A stretch of DNA of 64,000 bases from an uncultured Bacteroidales bacterium (GCA_964526285.1 CAZGIW010000002.1:23594-87593); one strand, 5' to 3'. Positions 18,446 to 28,139 are shown, counted from the stretch's first letter. Notes: generated by a model from the sequence alone, not told the origin. Program-made: numbers and translations.

Positions 18446-19042
18446 ATGAAACACATAAACTGTTCTGCTTGCAAAATTTATACTTGCTATGATGGGAAAG
18501 GCTGTGCTCAGGGCCATGGCTTTGATGATTATATATCCAATACGAAACAGGAATATGCAAAGGATGAAAACAATAAAATTCTTTCAGTCTCTTCTCAGGT
18601 AGAAAGTGATAATTACATGAAGGGGACAAGACTGGAAGAACTCATTGATTTTGCCCTGAAGATGAATTTCAAAACAATTGGAATAGCCCATTGTGTTGGG
18701 TTGATGAACGAAACCAAACAACTAAAAACGTTTCTTGACAAACATTTTGTTGTGCATACAGTGTGTTGCAAGTTTTCTGGAATTAATAAAAGGGATTTCA
18801 ATATTCCGCAAATCAAAAACGACCGATATGAAGCAATTTGCAATCCTGTTGGACAGGCAATGATTCTAAATGATCTGAAAACAGATATGAATATCATTGT
18901 TGGTTTGTGCGTGGGGCATGATATGCTGTTCAATAAATATTCAGAAGCACCTGTTACCACTTTTATTGTGAAAGACAGAGTGACCGGACACAACCCTGCA
19001 GCAACTGTTTATTCTGATTATTACAAGAGAAAACTATCTTAA
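18446..19042 (+). CDS. DUF1847-like Cys-rich metal-binding protein
   Basis: N-terminal CSACKIYTCYDGKGC, then conserved HCVGL, VCCKFSG and GLCVGHD. Start lies 3 nt after the previous stop. Confidence 0.5.
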   Translation: MKHINCSACKIYTCYDGKGCAQGHGFDDYISNTKQEYAKDENNKILSVSSQVESDNYMKGTRLEELIDFALKMNFKTIGIAHCVGLMNETKQLKTFLDKHFVVHTVCCKFSGINKRDFNIPQIKNDRYEAICNPVGQAMILNDLKTDMNIIVGLCVGHDMLFNKYSEAPVTTFIVKDRVTGHNPAATVYSDYYKRKLS

Positions 19043-19072
19043 AATCAATATATTAATTTAATTTTAAAAGAA

Positions 19073-20254
19073 ATGGATACAAAAAACAAGGGATTCAACA
19101 CAAAACTGATTCATGCAGGAGCTTTTGACGATGAGTTTGGAAGTGCTACTGTTCCCATTTATCAGACATCAACATTCAAATTTAAAAATGCACAACACGG
19201 TGCTGATTGTTTTTCAGGCAAAAGCGACGGATATATTTATACACGTATAGCAAACCCTACAATCAGAGCATTTGAGAAAAATGTTGCAGAGCTTGAAAAC
19301 GGATATGATGGCATAGCCACAAGTTCAGGGATGGGAGCAATAAACAGTGTTTATATGGCATTGCTGGGAGCAGGGAGTCATATTGTAAGTTCTGATTCTG
19401 TGTATGGACCTGCAAGGGGACTTCTTGAGATGGACTACGTGAATTTTGGAGTTGAAGCCACATTTGTCAATACATCAGAAATTGATAGAATCAGTGCTGC
19501 AATCAGACCAGAAACCAAGGTATTGTATATTGAAACACCCGCCAATCCAACCATGAATGTGACGGATATTGCAGCCTGTGCAAAACTGGCTCATGACAAT
19601 AATATTTTGCTTGTTGTTGACAATACTTTTAGTTCTCCATATCTTCAAAAGCCCTTAAATCTGGGCGCGGATGTTGTTTTGCATTCAATTACAAAATTTA
19701 TCAACGGACATGCGGATATTGTGGGAGGTGTTATTGTTGCCAAATCTGAAGACATTTACAAAAAGATAAGGCATACAATGGTGTATACAGGTTGTAATAT
19801 GGATCCAACTCAGGCATTTATGGTGTTGCGTGGATTGAAAACACTGGGAATAAGAATTGACAGGGCACAGGAAAATGCAATGAAGGTGGCAAAGTTTCTT
19901 GAATCTCATCCTGCTGTTGATTGGATCAGATATCCAGGGCTGGAGTCTCATCCTCAGTATGAACTTGTAAGGAAACAAATGAGTGGCTTTGGCTCAATGA
20001 TGAGTTTTGGTTTGAAAGGGGGATATGAAGCAGGACGCAAACTGATGGATAATGTGCATCTGGCTCTTCTTGCTGTTTCTCTTGGAGGAGTTGAAACGCT
20101 TATTCAGCATCCTGCATCAATGACACATGCTGCTGTCAGTCATGAAAATAAACTCAAAGCAGGTATTACAGATGATTTGGTCAGGTTTTCTGTTGGAATT
20201 GAAGATGTGGATGATATTATTGATGATCTCACACATGGATTAGAGGCAATATAG
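19073..20254 (+). CDS. Cys/Met-metabolism PLP-dependent enzyme, methionine gamma-lyase-like
   Basis: NTKLIHAG, YTRIANPT and SITKFINGHADIVGG (PLP lysine) indicate the trans-sulfuration family. Confidence 0.8.
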   Translation: MDTKNKGFNTKLIHAGAFDDEFGSATVPIYQTSTFKFKNAQHGADCFSGKSDGYIYTRIANPTIRAFEKNVAELENGYDGIATSSGMGAINSVYMALLGAGSHIVSSDSVYGPARGLLEMDYVNFGVEATFVNTSEIDRISAAIRPETKVLYIETPANPTMNVTDIAACAKLAHDNNILLVVDNTFSSPYLQKPLNLGADVVLHSITKFINGHADIVGGVIVAKSEDIYKKIRHTMVYTGCNMDPTQAFMVLRGLKTLGIRIDRAQENAMKVAKFLESHPAVDWIRYPGLESHPQYELVRKQMSGFGSMMSFGLKGGYEAGRKLMDNVHLALLAVSLGGVETLIQHPASMTHAAVSHENKLKAGITDDLVRFSVGIEDVDDIIDDLTHGLEAI

Positions 20255-20326
20255 CCTTCTAAAATGAAATAGTTCATTTTTTATCCCAGTTTTTTATGTA
20301 TTTTTGTAAGTCTTAAATAACTAAAT

Positions 20327-22699
20327 ATGAAATCTATTAAATGTCTTTTATTCCTTTTTATGTTTCTGCCGGCTCTCTGTTATGCTCAATCAATCAGCGG
20401 AACAATTATGGATGCAGAATCCGGCAATCCTCTCCCTTATGCCACAGTGTTGTTGTCGCCTGCCAACAAGTCGTTTGTGTCAGATCTCAAAGGTAACTTT
20501 TTTATTCAGGCAAAGCCCGGAACTTACACTCTGAAGGTGTCTTATCTGGGCTATGCATCATCGCAGAATGTGTATATTCTGGATGAGGGAGAAAAACTTG
20601 ATGTCACTGTGACGCTGAAAAAAGAACCCTATTTTCTCAGTGGGGTTGAAATTATTGGAGATAAAAGTGGCAATAAAGTGGTGAAAATAAACAGTATAAA
20701 TGCAGAACAATTGCAACTTATGGGCACTGGTGAAGTTGGCGAAGTACTTCGCAGTATTCCCAATGTGGGTGGTGTGAGAAGGGGAGGAGCTGTGCTCGAT
20801 CCTGTGGTGAGAGGCTTCAAGTATTCACAACTTGGAGTGTATATTGACGGATTGTTCAGTATTGAAGGCGGATGTCCCAATCGGATGGATCCAACAGTGA
20901 GTCGTGTTGATGCCCACGACATTGAACGCATTGAGGTCATTAAAGGTCCATATGCACTCAAATATGGTCCCAATTTCGGCGGAGTTATTCGTCTTGTTTC
21001 TCACAATCCGGTGTTTTTTGATACTGATAAACCAGATTTTCGCCTCAATGCATTTGCCGAAATGACACCATGGCTTGGCATGAGAGAACATATCCGTCTC
21101 GATGCAGGAAACAGAAAAACTTCTGTCATGGCCTTTGGAGGAAAAACCGATTTTGGAAACTATGTGGATGGAAACGGCGATGTGCTGAAAATGCATGTGA
21201 TGAAATACAATTTTGGTTTCAAAACTTTACACCGGTTTTCTGACAAAAGCATGATAAAACTCACCTTTAATAATCTGCAGGGTCGAAATGTGTTGTTTGC
21301 CGGACTTCCAATGGACGAAAGATCTGATAATACCTGGTTTGCACATGCTGATTATCTGGGTGTTCTGCCATTTGAAAAAAACAAAACCATCGCTTTTTCG
21401 GCATATTATGCTTCAGTTGAACATATTATGGATAACTTTGAACGCCCGATTGCCGATACTGTCGCAGCTGTATCAACAGTGTATGCAGAAACTATGGGAG
21501 CCAAAGTAAGAACCAACTGGATGCTCACTGAAGACGGAGAGTTGACCGCAGGTATTGATTTTCACCGTATTCAGAAAGACGGACAAAGAGTGAGAAATAT
21601 GATTGCGCAAGCACCAACAGCCAATGGTACAATCCCTAAAGCTGTGGATCAGCTATGGGCAAATGCAGTGATTGATAATGCAGGCCTGTTTGCCGAATGG
21701 AATTGCACCAAACGAAATCACAGAAGATTTTTGGCCACAAGATTGGACTACAATTCTGCATTTTCTGATGATATCATTATCCTCCACCCAATGTTGGGTG
21801 AAATTTATGCCTATGGTAGTGACTCAGTGTCAAGTAGTCATTTGAATTTGAGTGCCAGTGCAGGCTATTCTGTTGATCTCAATCAGTATTTCACCACTTC
21901 AATTGCCGTTGGCAGGGGAGTCAGAAGCCCTGATATGCTTGAGAGATTCATTATTCTCTTGCCAGTTGGTTATGATAATTATGACTATCTGGGTAATCCG
22001 CATCTTTTGCCTGAAAAGAACAATGAAATTGATATTACTTTGAAATATGAAACTCACCGCATGGGTGCAGCCGAACTTACTGTGTTTTATTCTTATGTGC
22101 AGGATTTTATTGCAGGAGAAAGAATTCCACCTTCACAGCAAAAACCATTGTCTTTGGGTGTGCTGGGAGTAAAGCAATACTATAATGCTGAATATGCTAC
22201 ATTTACAGGTTTTGAATTTGCCTTTTCATCACCAATCAAAAATAAACTGGTGTTCTCTGCAAATGCTGCATACACAATGGGAACCATAGGAGAAGCAACA
22301 AAAGCAATTATTGACCCTTCTCAACCTGTCAATCAACAGGTGACAGGGGATACATTACTTCTCAACGATCCTCTGAATGAAATTCCACCTTTCGAGGCAA
22401 ATGCCAAACTTATGTTGTTCCTTTTTGACAGAAAGCTTAATCTGAATCTCAATACAAGAATAATTGCAGGTCAGAATCGTGTGTCTGAAGCTTTTTATGA
22501 ACAAACAACTCCGGGAACAGTATTATTAAACTTTTATGCAGGCTATAAACTCAGTGAAAAAGTGACACTCAATGGCGGGGTTTATAATTTGCTTGATGAA
22601 TACTATTATGAACATCTGAACAGAAGGATGATCGGTTCGTCTCAGAAAATTTTTGAACCCGGAAGACGGTTTTTTATTAATGTCACTATAAAAATTTAA
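20327..22699 (+). CDS. TonB-dependent receptor with N-terminal carboxypeptidase-regulatory-like domain
   Basis: Signal peptide. CarbopepD_reg-like ISGTIMDAESGNPLPYATVLL. Plug region (IEVIKGPYALKYGPNFGGVIRL). C-terminal beta-barrel ending RRFFINVTIKI. Confidence 0.85.
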   Translation: MKSIKCLLFLFMFLPALCYAQSISGTIMDAESGNPLPYATVLLSPANKSFVSDLKGNFFIQAKPGTYTLKVSYLGYASSQNVYILDEGEKLDVTVTLKKEPYFLSGVEIIGDKSGNKVVKINSINAEQLQLMGTGEVGEVLRSIPNVGGVRRGGAVLDPVVRGFKYSQLGVYIDGLFSIEGGCPNRMDPTVSRVDAHDIERIEVIKGPYALKYGPNFGGVIRLVSHNPVFFDTDKPDFRLNAFAEMTPWLGMREHIRLDAGNRKTSVMAFGGKTDFGNYVDGNGDVLKMHVMKYNFGFKTLHRFSDKSMIKLTFNNLQGRNVLFAGLPMDERSDNTWFAHADYLGVLPFEKNKTIAFSAYYASVEHIMDNFERPIADTVAAVSTVYAETMGAKVRTNWMLTEDGELTAGIDFHRIQKDGQRVRNMIAQAPTANGTIPKAVDQLWANAVIDNAGLFAEWNCTKRNHRRFLATRLDYNSAFSDDIIILHPMLGEIYAYGSDSVSSSHLNLSASAGYSVDLNQYFTTSIAVGRGVRSPDMLERFIILLPVGYDNYDYLGNPHLLPEKNNEIDITLKYETHRMGAAELTVFYSYVQDFIAGERIPPSQQKPLSLGVLGVKQYYNAEYATFTGFEFAFSSPIKNKLVFSANAAYTMGTIGEATKAIIDPSQPVNQQVTGDTLLLNDPLNEIPPFEANAKLMLFLFDRKLNLNLNTRIIAGQNRVSEAFYEQTTPGTVLLNFYAGYKLSEKVTLNGGVYNLLDEYYYEHLNRRMIGSSQKIFEPGRRFFINVTIKI

Positions 22700-22703
22700 G
22701 CAT

Positions 22704-23078
22704 ATGAAAAGCAAAATCAACATATTGATAATAACAGCTCTTCTGGGGTTAATTTTTCTATCCTGTGAAAAGCAAATTGACCAGGTGAGTGTAACATATC
22801 GAATTGTCAATTTTCAGGACGGATTTACTGTATTCTACAAACATCAGTCAGATACACTTGATAAAGAAACTGTCACCGGAGCTTACACGCTTGCAACGCC
22901 ATGGACATATAGTTTCAAGGCAGAACCGGGCGATATCATTTATGTATCAATGTCAGATACTGTGGAAAACTCATTCTCTCGCGTTCAGGTTTTAATTAAT
23001 GGCAAAATATATAAGGAAAAAAGTCGTTCTGATGACAGATTTATGCCAGTGGTTGTGTCTGGAGTTGTCCCTTTTTAA
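22704..23078 (+). CDS. small hypothetical lipoprotein
   Basis: Lipobox LIFLSC. Lies 4 nt after the TBDR stop. No family recognised. Confidence 0.45.
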   Translation: MKSKINILIITALLGLIFLSCEKQIDQVSVTYRIVNFQDGFTVFYKHQSDTLDKETVTGAYTLATPWTYSFKAEPGDIIYVSMSDTVENSFSRVQVLINGKIYKEKSRSDDRFMPVVVSGVVPF

Positions 23079-23099
23079 AAAAATGAAATCTATAGAAAA

Positions 23100-23933
23100 A
23101 TGAAAAAATCGTTCATATCCGGAATTTTGTTTCTTTGTCTTGCAGGAATGATGCTGTGTTTGAATTCATGCAAAAAGCCCGACCCTGTTGATGATACAAA
23201 ATACGGGAAAATCAGATTTGAGTTTTTGCATTACTGGGATGGAGAACCAATTGTGTATGATACGTTAATGTATGTAAATACTTCAGGAAACCAGTTGATG
23301 ATCAACGAAATACAGTATTTTGTGTCAGATGTAACATTGAAATCTGATTTTGGAAGCCGCATGATTAAAGACTGGGTTGATATTTACTATGTTGACAAAG
23401 ATATTCCTTCAACTATGACATGGAATGTTTTTGACCGAATTCCGGTTGGACAATACTCGGGAATTTCATTTGTTTTTGGTATTCCGGCTTCTAAGAATAT
23501 TCCTTATATGTATGTGAATCCTCCTGAGCGTGATATGTTTTGGCCTTTTTTTCTAGGAGGACAAAACGGAGGGTACCATTATCTGAAACTCAATGGAAAA
23601 TGGAGACAAATGCCTGAAGATCAAATATCTCCCTTTGATTTTCATTTGGGTGTAGGACAGATTTATGCAGGTGGTGTTGTTGAGGTTGATTCAATTACTG
23701 GATTTGTTCAGAATTATTTTACAGTGACTCTTCCATCTTCAGGCTTTACTATTGAAGAAGATAAAACTACTGTAATTCAAATTGTTATGAATGTTGAGAA
23801 ATGGTTCTGCGAGCCCAATGATTTTGATCTGGATTTTTGGAAAGGTTACATTATGCAGAATCAGGATGCAATGAATGTTGCTTGTCAGAACGGCAATAAT
23901 GTGTTTTCAGTTAAGGATATTCAAAATCAGTAA
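23100..23933 (+). CDS. MbnP-family lipoprotein (putative copper-binding partner of MbnH)
   Basis: Lipobox LCLNSC. Pattern IRFEF.H.WDGEP...Y.N.SGN...INEIQYFVSDVTL plus MFWP..GGYHYLKLNGKW fits my memory of MbnP. Immediately upstream of a di-haem peroxidase gene. Confidence 0.55.
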   Translation: MKKSFISGILFLCLAGMMLCLNSCKKPDPVDDTKYGKIRFEFLHYWDGEPIVYDTLMYVNTSGNQLMINEIQYFVSDVTLKSDFGSRMIKDWVDIYYVDKDIPSTMTWNVFDRIPVGQYSGISFVFGIPASKNIPYMYVNPPERDMFWPFFLGGQNGGYHYLKLNGKWRQMPEDQISPFDFHLGVGQIYAGGVVEVDSITGFVQNYFTVTLPSSGFTIEEDKTTVIQIVMNVEKWFCEPNDFDLDFWKGYIMQNQDAMNVACQNGNNVFSVKDIQNQ

Positions 23934-23936
23934 GTT

Positions 23937-25139
23937 ATGATTAGGTTATTTTTGATGCTTATTGCTTTTTCGTTCTTGCTTTCATCATGCAAGCCCGATG
24001 AACCAATAATAACGCCCATCCCTCCTGCAACACCATATCAGATTGAGATACCTCCGGGTTTTCCAACCAATCTTAATATTCCTGCTGATAACCCCATGAC
24101 AGTTGAAGGTATTTGGCTGGGCAGGCATTTGTTTTATGATGGCAGAATCAGTGGGCGTACACATCCTGACAGCCTCATGTCATGTGCCACATGTCATGTT
24201 CAGTCAAGAGGATTTTCTACCGGCATAGATAATCCAAGATTTCCCGGAGGGCAAGCTTTTGGACTCACAGGAATTGAAACACCACACTCCACTATGCCGC
24301 TTGTGAATCTTGTTTTCAATGCAAACGGATATTTGTGGAACGGAATGATTCATGAATCAAACACTTTTTTATATCAGGACGACCCCAGATATCACCGAAA
24401 AAATATTGAATCACTGGTGTGGATGGGTATTGTTGCTCCCCATGAAATGAAAGGAAATATTGATAAAACTGTTGAACTCATTGCTTCAATACCAATGTAT
24501 CCCCCAATGTTTGCTGCTGCATTCGGAACACCTGATGTAACATATGAAAGAATTAGCAAGGCAATTGCTCAATTTATCAGAACGCTTATTTCTGCTGACA
24601 GTAAATTTGATAAATATATGAGGGGAGAATATCAGTTGACAAATTCTGAACTGAATGGTTTTGTTTTATTTATTACTGAAGAAGGAGCTGACTGTTTTCA
24701 TTGTCACGGAGGCGATGGGAATCCCTTGTTTACTACAAATCTATTCTATAATAATGCAACTGATGATACATTTGGTGATCCAAGAGATCGTTATGCAATT
24801 ACAGGCAATCCTGTGGATATTGGAGCATATAAGGCGCCAACTCTGAGAAATATTTTTTCAACAGCACCTTATATGCGTGATGCAAGATTTCAAACTGTTG
24901 ATCAGGTGATTGATTTTTATAGCCATGAACTTGTATGGTCTCCTTATGTCCATCCCCTGATGCATAAGATAAATGACGGAGGTGCTCAGTTGCTGCCTTT
25001 TCAAAAACAGGATTTGAAAAATTTTCTGCTCACATTGCAGGATACAACTTTTTTAACCAATCCTGCTTTTTCAAATCCAAGGCCAAATGATCCGTTTTTT
25101 CAGAATGATCCTTTTTCCAAAAGTACATTCAAAAGATAA
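23937..25139 (+). CDS. di-haem cytochrome c peroxidase family protein (MbnH/MauG-like)
   Basis: Two haem c motifs, CATCH and CFHCH. Also APTLRNI and MRDARF, typical of the CCP family. Confidence 0.8.
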   Translation: MIRLFLMLIAFSFLLSSCKPDEPIITPIPPATPYQIEIPPGFPTNLNIPADNPMTVEGIWLGRHLFYDGRISGRTHPDSLMSCATCHVQSRGFSTGIDNPRFPGGQAFGLTGIETPHSTMPLVNLVFNANGYLWNGMIHESNTFLYQDDPRYHRKNIESLVWMGIVAPHEMKGNIDKTVELIASIPMYPPMFAAAFGTPDVTYERISKAIAQFIRTLISADSKFDKYMRGEYQLTNSELNGFVLFITEEGADCFHCHGGDGNPLFTTNLFYNNATDDTFGDPRDRYAITGNPVDIGAYKAPTLRNIFSTAPYMRDARFQTVDQVIDFYSHELVWSPYVHPLMHKINDGGAQLLPFQKQDLKNFLLTLQDTTFLTNPAFSNPRPNDPFFQNDPFSKSTFKR

Positions 25140-25176
25140 TAATGCATTGATTTAAATTTTAACTACAAGTATAATT

Positions 25177-25539
25177 ATGAACAAAAAAACTGTTGTTATT
25201 GGCGCTTCCACAAATCCCGAAAGATATTCTTATCTTGCAGTGGAGAAGCTTCTTGCACATAATCATGATGTTGTCCCTGTAGGGATAAAAAAAGGAGAAT
25301 TGTTTGGGCTTGAAATTCACAATGATTTGCCGGCATTATCAGATGTGCATACGGTAACATTATATGTAGGAAAAAAAAATCAGGATGAGATTATTGATTA
25401 TGTATTGAGTCTCAATCCAAAACGTGTGATTTTTAATCCTGGAACGGAAAATCAATCTTTTGAAAGTATTCTTGCTCAAAATGGCATTGAGGTTTTGCAG
25501 GCATGTACCCTTGTGATGCTATCTACAGATGAATTTTGA
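25177..25539 (+). CDS. CoA-binding domain protein
   Basis: KTVVIGASTNPERYSYLAVEKLLAHNHDVVPVG is typical of YccU/YneT-like CoA-binding proteins. Confidence 0.7.
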   Translation: MNKKTVVIGASTNPERYSYLAVEKLLAHNHDVVPVGIKKGELFGLEIHNDLPALSDVHTVTLYVGKKNQDEIIDYVLSLNPKRVIFNPGTENQSFESILAQNGIEVLQACTLVMLSTDEF

Positions 25540-25646
25540 GATAGATTAAACTTATACAAATCACATGAGTCAAAGAATTGTTTTTTTTTAAAAAATATTT
25601 GGTATAAATTTTGTAATTTTGAATTGTCTTTTAAAAATCTCCAGTG

Positions 25647-26093
25647 ATGAAAAAACTTAAACTTACTTTAATCATTGTTTTTCTTGTGAATATTGTTTTT
25701 GCCCAGGATGCTAAACAAAGCAGTCCTGAAATTTCTTTTGAAAAACTGGTTCATGATTTTGGAACAGTGATGCAGGGCGACAAAACCGAATATGAATTTA
25801 AATTTACAAACACAGGAAAAGAACCATTGATTATTAGCGATGTCCGTTCTTCCTGCGGGTGTACAGTTCCCGAATGGCCTCGAAACCCCATTTTGCCTGG
25901 TAGCTCAGCCAACGTAAAAGTTAAATACAACTCTAATATTGTAGGAAATATCAACAAACAGGTGACAATTATTTCCAATGCTGCTAATAGCCCTACAGTT
26001 CTTCGTATTGCAGGCAAAGTTGATAAAATGCCTACCGAAGTTTTACCTTTTCAGCAACAAAATGCTGCACCCGTACCAACGAACAGAAAATAA
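25647..26093 (+). CDS. DUF1573 domain protein
   Basis: Signal peptide. FEKLVHDFGTV..G....EFKFTNTGKEPLIISDVRSSCGCTVPEWP. Confidence 0.8.
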   Translation: MKKLKLTLIIVFLVNIVFAQDAKQSSPEISFEKLVHDFGTVMQGDKTEYEFKFTNTGKEPLIISDVRSSCGCTVPEWPRNPILPGSSANVKVKYNSNIVGNINKQVTIISNAANSPTVLRIAGKVDKMPTEVLPFQQQNAAPVPTNRK

Positions 26094-26112
26094 CCTTTAA
26101 TACCATACTAGT

Positions 26113-26502
26113 ATGAAAAAAATATGTTTTGTCTTAACAGTTTTATTTGCAACCGTTCTGTATTCAAACGGGCAAACTTCAACCAATGAGTCAGCCCCTG
26201 TAATGACATTTGAAAAAACTTTGCATGACTACGGAACCATTAAAAAAGGTTCAGATGGTTCTTATGATTTTGTGTTTACAAACACAGGAAAAGAACCTCT
26301 GATTCTCTCCAAACCACGTTCAAATTGTGGATGTACTGTTCCTGACTGGCCCCAACAACCAATTATGCCAGGTCAGTCAAATAAAATTAAAGTAACCTAT
26401 AATACCAATATCGTAGGCCCCATTAATAAACAGGTGACTGTAATTTCAAATGCTTCAAATTCGCCAATTGTGCTTCAGATAAAAGGGACAGTGACCGAAT
26501 AG
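26113..26502 (+). CDS. DUF1573 domain protein (tandem paralog)
   Basis: FEKTLHDYGTIKKG...FVFTNTGKEPLILSKPRSNCGCTVPDWP is collinear with the preceding gene. Confidence 0.8.
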   Translation: MKKICFVLTVLFATVLYSNGQTSTNESAPVMTFEKTLHDYGTIKKGSDGSYDFVFTNTGKEPLILSKPRSNCGCTVPDWPQQPIMPGQSNKIKVTYNTNIVGPINKQVTVISNASNSPIVLQIKGTVTE

Positions 26503-26523
26503 AAAATAATCTAATGTCAAAAG

Positions 26524-26550
26524 GCCGAAAATTTATTTTCGGCTTTTTTT
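26524..26550. terminator. bidirectional intrinsic terminator between convergent DUF1573 and queD genes
   Basis: GCCGAAAA-TTTA-TTTTCGGC (8-bp stem) followed by T7 on the plus strand and preceded by an A-run, which gives a U-tract on the minus strand. Confidence 0.7.
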
Positions 26551-26570
26551 ATGTTTCAACCATAAACCTC

Positions 26571-27014
26571 TCAATCTCCAAACCACTCAACATAAGATGT
26601 ATCAGTTTCGCTGAGTTTAAGACTGTGCAGATTGAGATTTTCAGGAAGTGTTGATTTTATCTTTTCTGCAAAATGCATTATCAGGTTTTCACTTGTGGGC
26701 TGAAAAGGTAGTTTTTTTATGTTCTCAAAAGGTAGATTTGAATTAATCAGGTTGTCTGCCTGAGGGCTGTTTTCGTTTATTACAAATGTGTGATCAAATT
26801 CATCAACAACCTGTTTTTGAATAAGTTTTTTGAGCTTTCCAAAGTCCATCAGCATTCCGTCTTCAGGATGGCCTTTTTCATTAACAGGTGTTCCTGAAAG
26901 GGTTACATATAAAACATATGAATGTCCGTGAATATTTTTGCATTTTCCTTCATAATTCCATAGGGCATGGGCCATTTCAAAGCGGAAAATTTTTGTGATT
27001 CTGATATGTGACAT
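26571..27014 (-). CDS. queD: 6-carboxy-5,6,7,8-tetrahydropterin synthase
   Basis: FRFEMAHAL...C.NIHGHSY....L.G is the PTPS/QueD signature. Confidence 0.85.
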   Translation of the reverse strand: MSHIRITKIFRFEMAHALWNYEGKCKNIHGHSYVLYVTLSGTPVNEKGHPEDGMLMDFGKLKKLIQKQVVDEFDHTFVINENSPQADNLINSNLPFENIKKLPFQPTSENLIMHFAEKIKSTLPENLNLHSLKLSETDTSYVEWFGD

Positions 27015-27019
27015 AGAGA

Positions 27020-28048
27020 TTATTGAATTACAGATTGAAATTGCTTCAGAAACCGAATATCATTTTCAGAAAATGAACGTAAATCTTTCACAGAAAACAA
27101 AAGGTTAGTGATGCGCTCAATACCAAGACCAAAGGCAAAACCAGAGAACTCTTCCGGATTAATATTGCAGTTTTTCAATACATTTGGGTCAACCATTCCA
27201 CAGCCGAGTATTTCAACCCAGCCTGTGTATTTGCAAAATGAGCAGCCCTTTCCTCCGCAGAGATTGCATGAAATGTCCATTTCAGCCGATGGTTCAGTAA
27301 ACGGAAAGTAAGAAGGACGCAGACGGATATCCGTAGATTCATCAAACAATTGTCTGGCAAAATGCAAAAGTGTTTGTTTCAAATCAGCAAAGGAAACATT
27401 TTTGTCAATATACAGACCTTCAATCTGGTGAAAAAAACAATGTGCACGAGCAGTGATGGCTTCATTGCGATAAACTCTTCCGGGGAAGATACTCCTGATT
27501 GGAGGCGTGCGACTTTCCATCACCCTGATTTGAACTGAAGAGGTGTGTGTGCGCAATGCTATATCAGGGTTTTGTTCTATGAAGAAAGTATCCTGCATAT
27601 CTCTGGCCGGATGTTCCGGTGGAAAGTTTAATGCTGTAAAGTTATGCCAGTCGTCTTCAATTTCAGGCCCTTCTTCAACCGAATATCCCATGTGATGAAA
27701 AATATTGATAATTTTATTAGCAACAATGGAAATTGGGTGTCTGCTGCCGATAGTTGAGAAATCAGCAGGTATTGTCAAATCAATTTCAGTTTGTGTCTGG
27801 TTTTTTCCCAATTGTTGAATTTGATTCTTCTTATCATCGTAAATTTTTTGAACAGATTGTTTCAATAGGTTAACAGGCTGTCCCCAAAGTTTTTTTTCTT
27901 CTGAAGGTAATATTCTGAATTCATCGAAAAGTTGAGATACAGAACCGTTTTTGCTCAAAAACTTTAGCCTGTATTGCTCAAGCATCTCCATATTTTCAAT
28001 ATTGAAACTTTCTGCCTCCTGTTTGATTTGATCAATTTTGTCTTTCAT
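27020..28048 (-). CDS. pheS: phenylalanine--tRNA ligase alpha subunit
   Basis: HPARDMQDTFF, RTHTSSVQIR and FPFTEPSAEMDI are class II aaRS motifs. Confidence 0.95.
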   Translation of the reverse strand: MKDKIDQIKQEAESFNIENMEMLEQYRLKFLSKNGSVSQLFDEFRILPSEEKKLWGQPVNLLKQSVQKIYDDKKNQIQQLGKNQTQTEIDLTIPADFSTIGSRHPISIVANKIINIFHHMGYSVEEGPEIEDDWHNFTALNFPPEHPARDMQDTFFIEQNPDIALRTHTSSVQIRVMESRTPPIRSIFPGRVYRNEAITARAHCFFHQIEGLYIDKNVSFADLKQTLLHFARQLFDESTDIRLRPSYFPFTEPSAEMDISCNLCGGKGCSFCKYTGWVEILGCGMVDPNVLKNCNINPEEFSGFAFGLGIERITNLLFSVKDLRSFSENDIRFLKQFQSVIQ

Positions 28049-28139
28049 TGTATTGAGAAAAATTTATATAAAAATAAATGCAAAATTAAACATTTTAGTT
28101 TTGCATTTATTTAAAAAACAAACTGAAAGGATAATCAGT

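Noticed and set aside
12246-19042. Nitrogen-fixation (nif) locus, suggested by three 'dinitrogenase FeMo-cofactor biosynthesis' type domains
   Set aside because: No nifH, nifD, nifK, nifE, nifN or radical-SAM nifB catalytic domain is present. Only the small NifX/NifB-C-terminal-like carrier domain occurs, and that domain is widespread in non-diazotrophic anaerobes.
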